From: Amoebidium appalachense
Lineage: Eukaryota > Protista > Ichthyosporea
Direction: 5' to 3'
DNA length: 64,000 bases
Assembly (NCBI GenBank): GCA_963693365.1
Contig: CAVNZM010000016.1
Coordinates: 3,003,957 to 3,067,956, forward strand
Below, piece by piece: positions 37,040-60,807 of the stretch (the stretch's first letter is position 1; each line of letters begins with the position of its first letter). The position numbers and the translations under genes are program-made. Below the pieces are notes generated by a model that was not told the origin of the DNA, ran no database searches, and saw only the letters and a list, made by a program, of their open reading frames with translations.

Positions 37040-37389
37040 GCGCTCATAGGCACATTTCCTGTCTGCAGACTGTTCCTGCCAGTTGCTCACACACACACAC
37101 ATAGGCACACAGGCGCACACACATCGGTACACACAGGCACACATAGATAGGCACACAGGTACACACACACACACACGTGCGCGCGCATAGGCACATGTCG
37201 TGTCTGCAGACTGTTCCTGCCAGTTGCTCTTGTGCTGCTTTGAGGTTTGCACCCTGCAAGCCCACACAAGGCTTGGGCCGTTCCCCTGGCCTTTTCTACC
37301 CCTTATCCCTATGTGTATTGTTTGCTTTCTTTTTCCTGTTCCCTTCTTTCCCCCTCTCTCCACTCTCCCTTCCCTGCCTCCCCCCTCCC

Positions 37390-37420
<31 letters not shown>

Positions 37421-38705
37421 AAAAAAAAGTGCTTCGTTCATCTCCCTTCCCTCTCTTCCTCTGCCATCTCTCCACCTCCTCTCTACCCCCCCCCCCCCCC
37501 CCCCGGTCTCCGCTTTCAGCTTTCGAGCTCCCCTTTTGTGCCTTCCTGTTTTTTTTAATGCATGACTTCTCTTTCGGTTTCGTTGCTCTCTTTCCTCCAC
37601 ATTCTTTCCTCTCGGCAATCCCCCCCCCCCCCCCCCCCCCCCCCCGTTCCCCCCACCCCCCCCCCCCGACCCCATTTCCCGGGGGTTGGCCCACTTTTCG
37701 GTGCAATCAGTAATAATCCGGTATGGTGTTAAGAATGAGACACACTCTCATGAAACTGTGATTACTCTTGCATAATGAAGGGTTGCGCTTTTTTATTGAG
37801 CCATTCTGCAATCATTCCCTGTGTTGTTTTGGTGGGGTCTGCATACTATGCTACTGCATGAATGCCTGCTGCTTCCCGCCCCTCCCATCCCCTTCCGCAA
37901 CACACACACACACACACACCCACACACACCCACACACACCCACACACACACACAGTGTCACGGGTGTTGCAGGGTGGCGGGGCATGTGGGCAGTGTGCTG
38001 AGTGTGGGTGCAGGTTTGAGGCCATGGGGACGGCCTGGAAGAATGCCGGCAAGTACCCGTGGGAAGACCCGCAGTATGTGGGGGGCATTGAGAATATCAA
38101 AGTGTTGATGGCCCTGCGCATCTACAGCATGAAGTACCACGTCTACTCCGGTATAGCCCCTAACCCCCTGCATGAAGTACCACGTCTACTCCGGTATAAA
38201 TCATAACCCCCCTGCATGAAGTACCACGTCTACTCCGGTATAAATCATACCCCCTTGCATGGAGTACCACGTCTACTTTGGTACAATCAAATATACCTCC
38301 CCCCCCCCCTTTGGTGCCAGGCCATCTGCTCACACATGGGTTTGCAGGGCTTGCACTCCTCAACGTGCATGCCAAGGAGCAGGTGCGGCAGTATGCAGCA
38401 TCCGTGCAGGCGCTGTGGCGCATGATGATCCAGGAGGAGGAAGAGCAGTTCACCGCCCGCATCACCACCGTATGCTGCCTGCCTGCCTGCCCCCTACTTG
38501 CGGCCTGCACGGGGTTACTTACACAGTGGGGCACAGGCAGGGGCCGCAGTGTTTGGGCACGTGGACCGGCCACGCACCCCCCTACTGCTGCCTGATGAGC
38601 AGCTGGCGGAGTACGGGCTGGGGGCCATCCCTGCAGCCCAGCGCAGACCTAACAGCCACCTGAGCCTGCTGGCCATGGTCGACTGCTGGCACCAGGTGTG
38701 TGTGT

Positions 38706-38782
<77 letters not shown>

Positions 38783-38838
38783 TTTCTGTCTCTCTTTCTT
38801 TCTTTACAACCCATTCCCCCCCCCCCCCCCCCCCCCCC

Positions 38839-38887
<49 letters not shown>

Positions 38888-39785
38888 AGAGGTGATGTGT
38901 TTGTCCAGCACTTAAGTTGTGGAAGCACATGTCTGGTTGGGTGTTTGGGTGTGAGGCAGAGTGGATGGTTGGCTGCATGCAGTGCGAGTAGTGACCAGGC
39001 ATGGGGCAGATCGGCATCAACCCGTATGCGCAGCTGATCTGCCAGACCCCCATCTTTCGCCTGCGCCTGGGCATAGCCGAGTACATCTTCAGTGACCCGG
39101 CCCTGCTTATGGAGACCATCCATGCAGCCCTCTACAACAAGGTGGGTAAAGAGGGGAGGGAGAAGGCCGGTGGTGGTGGTGGGTGGGGTGGGGTGGGTTG
39201 GCGGAGGGGGGAGGGGGGGGGGAGGGGGGGGGGGGGGGGTAGCAGTTTTCTGATTGTGTTGGCAGGAGATACGTGGGGACGACATGGAGTTCTATGCGGC
39301 GGTGCGTGAGTGGGCCACCATCATCCTGCACGGTGATGCCGAGGCATACCGCAACCACTTCAACGACACACGCCAGTACGCCCCCTCCCCTTCTTGTGAA
39401 TGACTTGGGCCCTCCAAGATGTTGGGTCTGCTTATTATGCATACTTCTGATGTGTGGTTTGCACTGCCTTGTGTAATTTATACTGTTGACACATTCTAAT
39501 CCCCCCTTCCCTTCCCCCTCCCCTTGTCATTTCATTCTTACGGTTTTGGTTTGTTTGTTTGTTTGTTCTTTTGTTTGTTTCAGGCGTGTACTAAATATTT
39601 TCAGACGTTTGTGTTTTGCCTGTTGATAAATCAGTCCCCCCCTTTCATAACCCCAACCCTCCTATGCATCCCCCCCCCCCCCCTTATTGCACCGTGCTGA
39701 CGGGGCCAGCAGGTTTTTTGAGGGGCGGCTGGATGAGGCCCGTGAGCGCAGCACAAAGCTGATAGCCCGCCTGGCTGCCCTGTGA
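35404..39785 (+). CDS. TYR1: Prephenate dehydrogenase (NADP+), fungal TYR1 type, multi-exon
   Basis: VGIIGLGDMG Rossmann motif; GAQTSVK; HSLHGP; EHDKVTADTQVATH; MGTAW; YVGGIENIKV; PNSHLSLLAMVDCW; ICQTPIFRLRLGIAEY; DDMEF. Confidence 0.95.
36275..37230. repeat. Compound CA-rich minisatellite in a TYR1 intron
   Basis: CACACACAGCCACAGGCACACACA variants over ~950 bp. Confidence 0.85.
38128..38300 (+). repeat. 43/44-bp tandem repeat x4 duplicating a TYR1 exon end and 5' splice site
   Basis: CATGAAGTACCACGTCTACTCCG|GTATA (or a close variant) at 38128, 38171, 38215 and 38258. Confidence 0.9.
39410..39505 (+). mobile_element. Family X copy in the last TYR1 intron
   Basis: AAGATGTTGGGTCTGCTTATTATGCATACTT...GACACATTCTAAT followed by a C-tract. 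Confidence 0.7.
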
Positions 39786-40008
39786 CCCCACAGCCAAAGG
39801 GGTGGTTGCAGCTGCACGTGCAGGCCACATGGCTGCAATAAAAAAAACAAAGACAAAGTGCACAGTGCTGGGTGATGTAACATACATGACTAACACCTGG
39901 ATGCTGCGGATGGGCAAGTGCCCGTCTGTGCTTGCTCGCTCTGTTGTAGCTCTCGGTGAATGATAGTTTGCCAGGTCACAAATTGGGTGTGTTTGTGTTT
40001 GTGTGTGT

Positions 40009-40049
<41 letters not shown>

Positions 40050-40336
40050 CAAATGAATGTTTTTGGATGTGATATGTCCAGCTTTCAGTTTTTGTGTGAT
40101 GCATGTGATATGTCCAGCTTTCAGTTTTTGTGTGATGCATGTGTTACCTTAAAGTAGTATGACGTTGCCCGCCACACGCATATTAAACCACGACACTAAG
40201 GTATCCCTTAAACCCCCCCTACACACCTGATCCCCCTACAGGCCCTCTCACTTCTTGGTACAGGAGCGGGAGGAAGGGCGGGGAGAACCACCAGATCTTT
40301 TTGGACCTCCCCCACTGCTGCCCCCCCCCCCCCACA

Positions 40337-40369
<33 letters not shown>

Positions 40370-40682
40370 AGGCAAAAAAAAAAAAGAAAAAAGAAAAAGA
40401 AAAAGGAAAAAAGGAACCTCGAGGCTGCGAAAGTGTAATCACGAATCAACAAATTTAACCTGTATGAAAATACTCCGGTACACGGTAGTGGTCACTGCTC
40501 ACAATAGCACATGTACACTGCGGCCCCCAGGGTTATGAACACAGCTGGTATGGATGGATGGTAAAAGTCACATTGAATACTGTTCTCCCCGGTGCCGCTG
40601 TGTATGTGTGTATGTGTGTGTGTGTACGTTTCATGCGAGTGTGTGTGTGTGTGGGGGGGTGGGTGGGTGGGTGGGTGGGGGT

Positions 40683-40713
<31 letters not shown>

Positions 40714-40986
40714 ATTGGTAGATAGCAAATTGTCGTATCCATTCGACAATTCAGGCCCAATTGAAGTCGACTGTCTGGTACAATTTCGTGAGACCCCGCG
40801 TCTGGCCTCCGAGTACTAGTGAGGCGCCGCACCCAGGGTTTCTTGGTACCCCCCGCTAGAGAGGCTAGAGGGTTATCCCAACTAACTTTTTCTCTTTGGT
40901 GGGCAACCATATTGTGCAAGTTGCGGTCTCTAATCACTGTGTGAGTGTGTGTGTGTGCGTGCGCGCGCGCGTGTGTGTGTGTGCAC

Positions 40987-41030
<44 letters not shown>

Positions 41031-41393
41031 TGTGTGTGTATTCACGGTGTGTGTGTGTTGGGGGGGGGGGGAGGTGGGGCCGGGGGGGGGGGGGGGGGGG
41101 GCGTGTGTGCCACGTATTCAAGAAAAATGAATCACGGGCTGTATGGTATTTGAAGCCCTGTGAGGCATAACCCTGTGCCTCGTTTTAATTGGTGCTCCCG
41201 GCACCAGTGGAACTGATTCATGATACGTCATCGCAGTGAAGCTTCAAAAGCCCCTTGGTCGGCCAAGCACGGTTAGTAAGGCCTGTAAGAGAGAACGAAG
41301 GATGCTAGCAGGACAAATGAAACAAGGTTGGCTAGCAGGACAAATGAAACAAGGTTGGATGAGGGAACATGTGGTTCCTACTGAGTAGGAATA

Positions 41394-44149
41394 ATGGTTA
41401 AGTTTGGCTTGAGCGAGGACGACCCTCCGTCACCAGCTGGCCAGGCAGGTAAGAGTGTCCTAGTTATCCTTGTGGTGCTGGCCCCAAGTTGTTCGTGGGT
41501 CTTTGAGAAAGCAAATGCTGTCTTGTAGTGTGCTGATGGGTGTCTTGCTGGTGTCTTGCGGGTTAGTGGCTTGGCCACTGCCAACCCCTTTCTGATCCTT
41601 TAACGCTAATATGCAGGCAATGGTCAGCCGCCGAGCCAGCCAGGAGGGCAGCACGCACCAGGTTTGGGTGGCTTGGGGGAGCTGAACGAGGTGGTGGATG
41701 ACGTGGCCATGGAAGGTATGCTGGGGTGGGGGGAAAGAGGATGAGAAGGAAATAGAGGGGAAGGGAGATTTTTAGGTTGGGAAGCCAAAGTTCAACGGCA
41801 GTTACAACCACGAACGATAATTGTTTAGGACTTGGCATGTATGCATGTTCATCTGCCCTTGCCTGTTTATGCTTTTGTAGTTGTGTCTGTGTGTGTTGTT
41901 TTGTCTTAATTTGATGTTTGCCTATGTGCATCTGTGTGCATGTGCTATTTTGTTGGTCCGCACGCGTGGTTGAGACCGTATAGCTGAGTTTTGGCATGCT
42001 TGTATGCTCTATGTGTAATTTATAAGGACTTGGCACGTGTGCATGTTCATCTGCCCTTGTCTGTTTATGCTCTTGTAGTTGTGTCTGTGTGTGTGTTTAT
42101 GTTTTAATTTGATGTTTGCATATGTGCATCTGTGTGCATGTGCTAATTTGTCGGTCCGCACGCGTGGTTGAGACCGTATAGCTGACTTTTGGTGTGCTTG
42201 TATGCTCTATGTGCTTCACCTTTTGTGCGTGTCTTGTTTGCTGTCATGTGTGTTTGTGTCTCGTGTACGTTTATGTGTTGTGTGCGTGTTTCTGTTTTCT
42301 CTTAGACACCAAACCTTGCTTGTGTGCCCGTGGCTTGGTGCAGCTGGCTTTGTGCAGTGGCCTGACCTTGCGCCTGCGCCCGTGCAGTTATCAACGAGCA
42401 GGTTGGTGCCAGCATGCTGCTGGACCCGCCTGCACCCAACGTCTTCATGGCAGCCCCCAGGCGCACCACCAGAGGCACCCCCAGACATAGCCTGCACCGC
42501 TTCAGGCACCTGGGTGCCCAGCTGCCCCCCAACCCCCAGCCCCCACCATCACCCAGGCTTCAATGCGTTTACCACCTACCGGGACCCGAACCCTTTGCTT
42601 GAAAACAACCCCTTTTGGCCTGGCCCCAAGACCAGACCCCCCCGTCCGGCAGCTCCCCCCAGGGTGCCCACCCCTGCACCGTTTGTGTTTGGCCAACACA
42701 CAGCCCCACCTTTCGGCCACGCAGGCCCACACTCCCCGCCCACCACACCGAACAAGGCCCGGGCCAACAGCAATCAGCGCAAGCCACAGCGCCAGCACCC
42801 ACACGGCACCCAGATGCGGGGTTCTGCCTTCAAGACCTGGCGGGGCCCAGCAGACACGGCCACCCCTGGCAGGGACACACGCAGCAGCCCCCCACGGCAC
42901 ACACCAACCACCTCGGCCACACGCAACCCACTGGAAGCCCTGTTCCCAAACCCCCCCTATGTGCCTCCCCATGTGAGCCCCCAGCGTGGCCCCCAGTCCG
43001 GCAACAGCACTGCCTCTGCTGCTCCTTGGCCGCCACCAGCACACCCGCAAGGGCACCAGGGCTCTGGACCCAAGCAGCACACACAGTACTACATGGCATA
43101 CCCACCACAGTATGAAAAAGGCCACGGTTGGCCCGAAGTAAATGCACAGTATGACCACGCACGACCCCAGGACAGGTTTTACTCAACCACGACACAGCAT
43201 TTTGAAGAAGTAGGCTCCCAGACCACGGAACAAACAGGCAAACCTCCGCCTTTCCAGCACGAAGGATTCACAAATCAAGTTAAGAGAGCTCCAATTTTCC
43301 AGCACGAAGGACCCAAATACCCAAATCAAGGAAACCTTTCTCCGATTTTCCAGCACGAAGGACCACAACACACAAATCAAGGAAACAGAACTGCGACTTT
43401 TCAGCACGAAGGCCCACAACACGTAAACCAAGGAAACAAAACGCCAAATCCCGAGCACGAAGGACCACCATACACGAATCAGGCAGACAGCGTCCCTTCC
43501 CCACATTCAAGCACCACCAATTCCGGTGATGCTGCAGACCACGACCAGCCGGCTGCAGGCATCACTGACAGTCAGCTGAGCAGCAGCAGCGAGGAGTATG
43601 CGGGTGCGTGCCTGGGGGGGGGGGGGGGGGGGGGGGGGGGGCTGAGCAGCGTGTGGGGGCTGACCCACGAGGGTTTGCCTTAGATGCTAGCCAGGGCCTG
43701 CCCTGGGCCGAAGCAACGTTTAGCAGTGCAGCCACAGGGCAAGGCACACAGGTGGGTGGGGGCTGGCTGGCTCAGGCTGGCTAGCTGGGTGGCTGACTTT
43801 GGGGCTAGGTGGCAGACATAGAAAGGGCACAGGCCCTACGGGTATCTGGAAACACCCTCTACACACAGGCCAGTTTCAAGGAGGCAATGCGGCACTTCTC
43901 CGGTAAGCGGTGCTGCATGGCCTGATGGTTTCTTGTGGGTGTGTGTGTGGTGGGGGGGGGGGGGGGGGGGGGGGGGGGTGGCTGGGGGGGAAGGGGGGGG
44001 GGGGGGGGGGGGGGGATTCAATTTCTCATGGGGTGTGTGGGGCCACAGAGGGGATCAGCATCATGCAGACCGTAGAGACCAGAGATGCAGCCGCTAGCCG
44101 TCTCCTTGCTGGTGGGTGCTGGGGGTGCATGCCCTTTGGTTTTTTTTTT

Positions 44150-44190
<41 letters not shown>

Positions 44191-45422
44191 GGGGGGGGGG
44201 ATAACCGAGTTTTTTCCAGTGCTGCTGGGCAACAGGGGCCAGTGCCATGGGCGGCTGGGGGACACGGAGGCAGCAGCAAACGACTGGCTGGCTGCTCTGG
44301 TGGGTGGCTGGGGGTGGCTGCAGCCTGGTGAGGGCCATGCTGACTGAGTGCTGTGCAGGCGGTGGACGGCAGCTACAGCAAGCCCCATGCACGGCTAGGC
44401 GCCCAGTGGCTGGACCTTGGCCAGCTGGACCAGGCCGCAGCGCACTACCAGGCCGCAGTGGACTTAGACCAGGCGTCAGACCAGCACCCGGCTGCACAGG
44501 GCTTGCAGGCCGTGCACAGGGCCAGACAGCTGCTGCAGGCCATGCAGGGCGCCGAGGTCAGAGGTGTGTGTGCCTGCTGCATGGGGTCATGTGGCCCTGC
44601 CAAAAGCATGGCTGAACCTGTGCACAGAGGACGGGGCAGAGGCCAGCAAGCACTGGGAGCACCTGCAGGCCATATGTCCCCGCTGGCTGGACCTGCAGGC
44701 ACGCAGGTGGGTGATCTAGTGTGCACCTGGCAGGGGGTTGTTTTGGTGGTGGTGGTGGTGTGTTGACACAGGGTGGGGTGCAGGGTGCAGCACCTGGGCA
44801 TGCAGCGGCACTACAGCGAGGCAATGGACTTTGCAGAGGCACTGCGCAGCAGGTAGTGCCTGGCAGGTGCTGGGTGGGGCGTGGCCTGGGCAGATACTCA
44901 TTGGGTTGCTGGGGCAGACACCGACACAGCATCGAGGCCGGGCAGGCGCACGTGCAGGCACTGTACCAGGCCAACGACCTGCAGGGGGCACTGGCAGCAG
45001 CAAGGGCAATGGGTGCAGACCAGAGCACAAGCAGTGCAAGCCTCAGAAGACTCATGCGCACCATAGAACGGCAGATCAAGAGGTGGGTGCAAATGGCTGG
45101 ACTGGTGGCAGGGCGTGGCTGATGGCATGGGCCACAGGAGGGAGCAGGGCAACCAGGCACATAGGGCAGGCCACTACCAGGAGGCCGTGGACCACTACAC
45201 GGCCGCATTGGGTCTGGACAAGGTGAGAGCATGCCTGGCTTGGGCTGATTGGATCGGGTCACATGGTGCTGCATGGTGGCTGGCTGGGTGCTGACGGGCC
45301 ACTTGGGCTGCAGGCAAACTGGCGGGGCAATGCACAGCTGCTCAACAATAGGGCTGCAAGCAGGCACATGCTGGGCGACACAGAGGCTGCCATCGCTGGT
45401 ACGTGTATAAGGTTTTTTTTTT

Positions 45423-45468
<46 letters not shown>

Positions 45469-46778
45469 CGAGGACTCAAGAGTACGGGCCAGACTGTGAA
45501 GCAGCTCTCCAGGCAGACCCGAAACTGCACAAGGCCGCAGTGCGCCTCGGCAAGCTGGTAGGTGCCATGCATGGCAGGGGGAGGGGGAGGGGGGGGGGGG
45601 GGGGGGGGGGGGAGGCGGCTGACTGTGTGGGTGCAGCTGGTCCTGGGGGGGCGAATAGACGAGGGCCTGCAGCGGCTGCAGGGCTGTGTGGCGGCAGACC
45701 CCACCGACCAGGGTGCGTGGCCGAAAGGGCTTGAACTGTGGCACAGAGAGTTAAAGTGCACATTACAAAGCATATGTTGCTTGCCATACACAATGAGCAT
45801 GCATCGTGAGCAAAGCCCGTTCTGGGCAGGGCAGTGTGTGGGGCACAGCTAATTTCATGGGTTAGGGGCACAGGAGGCACTGCAGTGGGCGCAGGAGGAG
45901 GTACGGGGCAAGCAGGCAGACGCGCAGGCACAGCACGAGGCTGATTTGCTGGCCTGGACCCACTACGAGGTGCTGGGCATCAGGTGCGCATGTGTGCCCT
46001 GGTTGAAGGTTGTGGTGGGTACCATGCATGCAGTCTGACCATGTGTCGCAGTGCAACAGCCAGTGCCGATGAGATCAAGAGGGCCTACAGAGACATGGGT
46101 ACGCACCACCCTTGCACACAGACACATGTATAGGCACAGGCACACACACTTTCTTTCTCTCAGTGGCCTGCCCTGATGGGTGATGCCCCCCTCCCCCCCC
46201 CCCCCCCTCCCCTCCCCTACACACATACACACCCCACCCCAGAAAAAAAAAAAGAAAAAGAAGATGAAAAAGAAACTACCAACATGGGCATTATACAAAA
46301 AACAAAAGTGACAGGGACGTTTGTGCATATATTATTCCATATTCCAATGCATGTGTGGACATGCATGGTGCACATGTAGGGGTGCTGTGTGGGGCCAAGC
46401 ACTGACACATGGGCACAGCGCGCAAGTGGCACCCTGACAAGCATGGCAATGCCTCAGCTGAGGACAGGGGTGCCTGCGAGGCAAGGTTCCGGCGCATCCA
46501 AGAGGTAGGCATCATGGTACTAATGCTGGCAGGCTGTTTATATAGTGATATGGTAGGGCTGTTTGTCTCTTGCTGGTAGTGGTGTGTGATTTAGGGCGCA
46601 CCAGGCGCCATTGTGAGCTGACTGTTTGATGCAGGCCTACCGGGTGCTGGGCAGTGCGGTTGACAGGCAGCAGTACGATGCAGACCAGAGGCGCCAGCGC
46701 CAACACGGTCATGCACCAACCACTACGGCCAGCAGCGGGCGGGGCAACTGGTGGGGCACGGACGGGGGCTGGTGGTGA
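41394..46778 (+). CDS. TPR-repeat protein with C-terminal DnaJ domain (DNAJC7-like) and long low-complexity N-terminus
   Basis: TPR exons (HYQEAVDHYTAALGLD; LLNNRAASRHMLG..DCEAALQADP); J domain THYEVLGI|SATASADEIKRAYRDM|ARKWHPDK...FRRIQE|AYRVLG..RQQYD. Confidence 0.85.
41826..42212. repeat. ~197-bp intronic tandem duplication
   Basis: AGGACTTGGCA...GGTCCGCACGCGTGGTTGAGACCGTATAGCTGA...GCTTGTATGCTCTATGTG occurs twice. Confidence 0.85.
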
Positions 46779-46795
46779 TATGAATAAATAGGCCC

Positions 46796-50854
<4,059 letters not shown>

Positions 50855-51234
50855 CCTGCCCCGTCCAAGTGCCCTGAAAGTGGTTTCGCGGAAGACAGTG
50901 GTGGGGTATGGCTACGCGTATATTTCTGTTGATCTACACTATGTTTTTAACAAAAAGATAACCCAGGAACGGATAGTGCCTGCAGGGCGTTTGTTCTGGA
51001 ACAACTGAACCTATAATAGTGGGGAGAGACCAACGTGGAAATAGTATAAGGTGTAGTGGTTCACTTTCGCGCAGTCTGCAACTACTGATGGCAGCTGCCG
51101 GGCAGCAGCTTTTTCTGCCACCTCACCAGCCAGCGATTGGCTAGGCTTATCTCTGCTGGCATCCATCCAATGGCTGCAGTGCATGCATAGCCATATACAG
51201 CTAGATACCCCGGCAACCCAGATAGGCGGGAAAC

Positions 51235-57897
<6,663 letters not shown>

Positions 57898-58379
57898 GGA
57901 GGAGAGGGGGTGGTGGATTCGGTGCAAGTGTGGGCCACAGCTGAAGGGCGGTGTGGTTGTGTATGGCATTGAAAGGTCATGTGTGCACAAATGCATGGGC
58001 ACACACCCCCATTCTTGCACACACCACATAACACAGCACTACTGTACACACTTTGGCACAACACCCACCCACACATGTGCGAATGACCATGATATCGTAT
58101 GGAATGATTATGGGTGTGCATTGCCCACAGGCCCATCATGGGCAGTAAATGAATCCAGCGGCTGGCTGCTGGGTCAATAGCTGACTGGCATTGTATGTGA
58201 TGTAAGATCCAAGTTGTGCATGTACACGTGCCATAATTATGCCTTCTCAGCCCCCCGCTCTACCGTACCCCCGCCCCCCCCCCCCATACTCGGAACTCGG
58301 GTCCTGTGGATTTTGCTGCGGATTGGCTGTTGTGGGGTGAAGAGTGGTGCTGGGGGGGTTTGGTGGTGGTGGTGGTGGT

Positions 58380-58421
<42 letters not shown>

Positions 58422-59054
58422 TGGTGAATTCATTCATCATAAGGTATCCTGCCATAGAAATTAAGACGGAGGTTGCAGCCCAATTGGTAAAATATCGAAG
58501 GGATCAACAGGTCGAAAACGAACCAATCATACATCCCCTCGGTCAATATTATTAATATGGTAATTGAATCTGCAAATCTATTGGTTGCCGACATTATTAT
58601 ATTCAATTCGGCGTGACCGTCGCAGGGATTGGCCAATTTCAAATGTGGGGCATCACAATTGTTTGCTCCACCAAGTCAGTAGTAAGATGGAGTGGTTTCC
58701 TCCCATGGCCATGGCCACACACCTCAGAACTAGTCCCACCCCCCCCCCCCCCCCCCCCCCCCCCGCCCGCCTACCACCACCACCACCACCACCACCATGG
58801 CCACAACCACCACAACCAACTTCGTACTCTTGATGTGTTTTGTTGCCCTAACTAATTAGCTACGTACAAATTTATAACTGTTTTGCCGCTGGCCTTGAAA
58901 TTCCGGAATCGCCATATATTGAAAGCCCTTGTTCCAAACAACGTTTCCAAACTTGATTGGGGCAAAGTCTTCACGGGCAAAGACTTCGATCATGCTCATC
59001 GTGTGCACGTGGGCATGATGACACTGTGTATGTGTGTGTGTGTGTGTGTGTGGA

Positions 59055-59091
<37 letters not shown>

Positions 59092-59139
59092 CGGGGGAGG
59101 TGATGTGGGTGAGTATGGATGGTGTGTGTGTGTGTGAGA

Positions 59140-59206
<67 letters not shown>

Positions 59207-59278
59207 TCATATCTCCGACACTTGTATGTGCCGTGAATGTTGTGTTGTGTGGGCCGAATTCAAGAATGTGCGCAATGG

Positions 59279-59309
<31 letters not shown>

Positions 59310-59572
59310 CTGCCTGGCGCTCGCAAACAATGCATGCATGCACGTGTGAGTGCAACAGGCCTGGCTGGGAGAGGCAGCTAGGGGGGGAGGGGGGTCACTA
59401 AAGGCGGGTGGCCTACTATGTTGGGAAGGGGAGAAAGGCGGGGAGGGGGGGGGGGGGGGAGGGGGGGGAGGAGGGGGGGGGGGGGGAGGAGGGGCCTCGG
59501 GAGGAAGAAGTCGGGACTCGCCCCGGAGGATAACATTTCAGCAATGGATCCGGAAGGGGGGCCCGGCAGACT

Positions 59573-59624
<52 letters not shown>

Positions 59625-60359
59625 ATGTACACACGCCGAGTCATTAATGTCTGCGCGTGCTTAGCATGGTTTACCGTTTAGCCTAGCGCGCTGGCACTGC
59701 ACCGGGGCCCGCGTGACTTCGGCTCAGTGAGGTACACGAAGGTAACTCGTATTTTTGGCACCAACCAGCTGTCCGCGTAACCATCTTCCAGCGGCCGCTC
59801 GCCAGGGGGCAGGCCCAAAGCCGGATGGCTGGCCATGCATGAAAAGGTTATCCGGCTCGTTTTATGACCCGTTTTATCGCCGACTGTGATCGTATCAAGG
59901 GGAGGCTGGGCCTGTTCAAGCCCACACGCTTGGAATGCGATAGATCAGTGATTTGTGACATGGCCAAGCACGTGTTGCTGTTGGTAATGTCCGCACATTC
60001 GTATGTTACATGTTTCAAAGAGGTGAATTGGGGAGCATTAGGGCTGTAATAGGAAAGAAGCATGATATTGTATGATTTAGAAAAGTCATGAAAGCAAATA
60101 GCGTTTTTTATGCCTTGCATGAATGACAGAGATGGGTGGGAGGCCTTCCCCGAGCGAACATTCCATTCCTAAGGGAACCCAATCAGCTTCGACCAGTAGA
60201 TGGCCGAAATTTATTTTCTCCCATATATGGTTCATCAAAATCCAGCGTCGTCCAATCGAACAACTCTATTTTGTGGGCACTTGGATGTGCTGATATTCAT
60301 GTTCAACTATTGGCTACAATTGCGTCAAATAGTGTAAAAGCCAACATATGCTTTCCTGC

Positions 60360-60430
60360 AACCAATCATCATGAGGCATCTACCGTGAACCAAATCCGCT
60401 CGGTCGCTTTCCCCCAGTATATAAATGAGC
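60360..60430 (+). promoter_or_regulatory. Candidate CCAAT and TATA boxes of the Kazal gene
   Basis: ACCAATC at 60361 and TATATAAA at 60418-60425, about 95 bp upstream of the ATG. Confidence 0.5.
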
Positions 60431-60515
60431 CGCGCTGCTCCACGCCATCACAGAACCAACAACCACTTCAAACAAACAAAACTATTCCTTCCAACGCATA
60501 CTATAGCACGCAAAC

Positions 60516-60772
60516 ATGAACAAGCTTGCGCTGTCTGTGGTTTTGGCTGTGGCCGCGGCCAGCTCTGCGGCTGATGAGAAGAAGCAGAACTGCCCCGTGG
60601 TGTGCACCACCGAGTATGCTCCCGTCTGCGGCAGCGATGGCAAGACGTACGTGCCCCCCAACAATCGTATGATCATCTCAAGGAAACTGCATGGCATTCG
60701 GCTCAGTTCTCGTGTAGGGTTTGGGTGGAGGTAGAGAGAAGGGAGGTGGGGGAAAAGGAGGGGGGGGGGGGG

Positions 60773-60807
<35 letters not shown>

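Noticed and set aside
58468-58540. tRNA-like start GGTTGCAGCCCAATTGGTAA
   Set aside because: No T-arm GTTC motif or acceptor-stem pairing.
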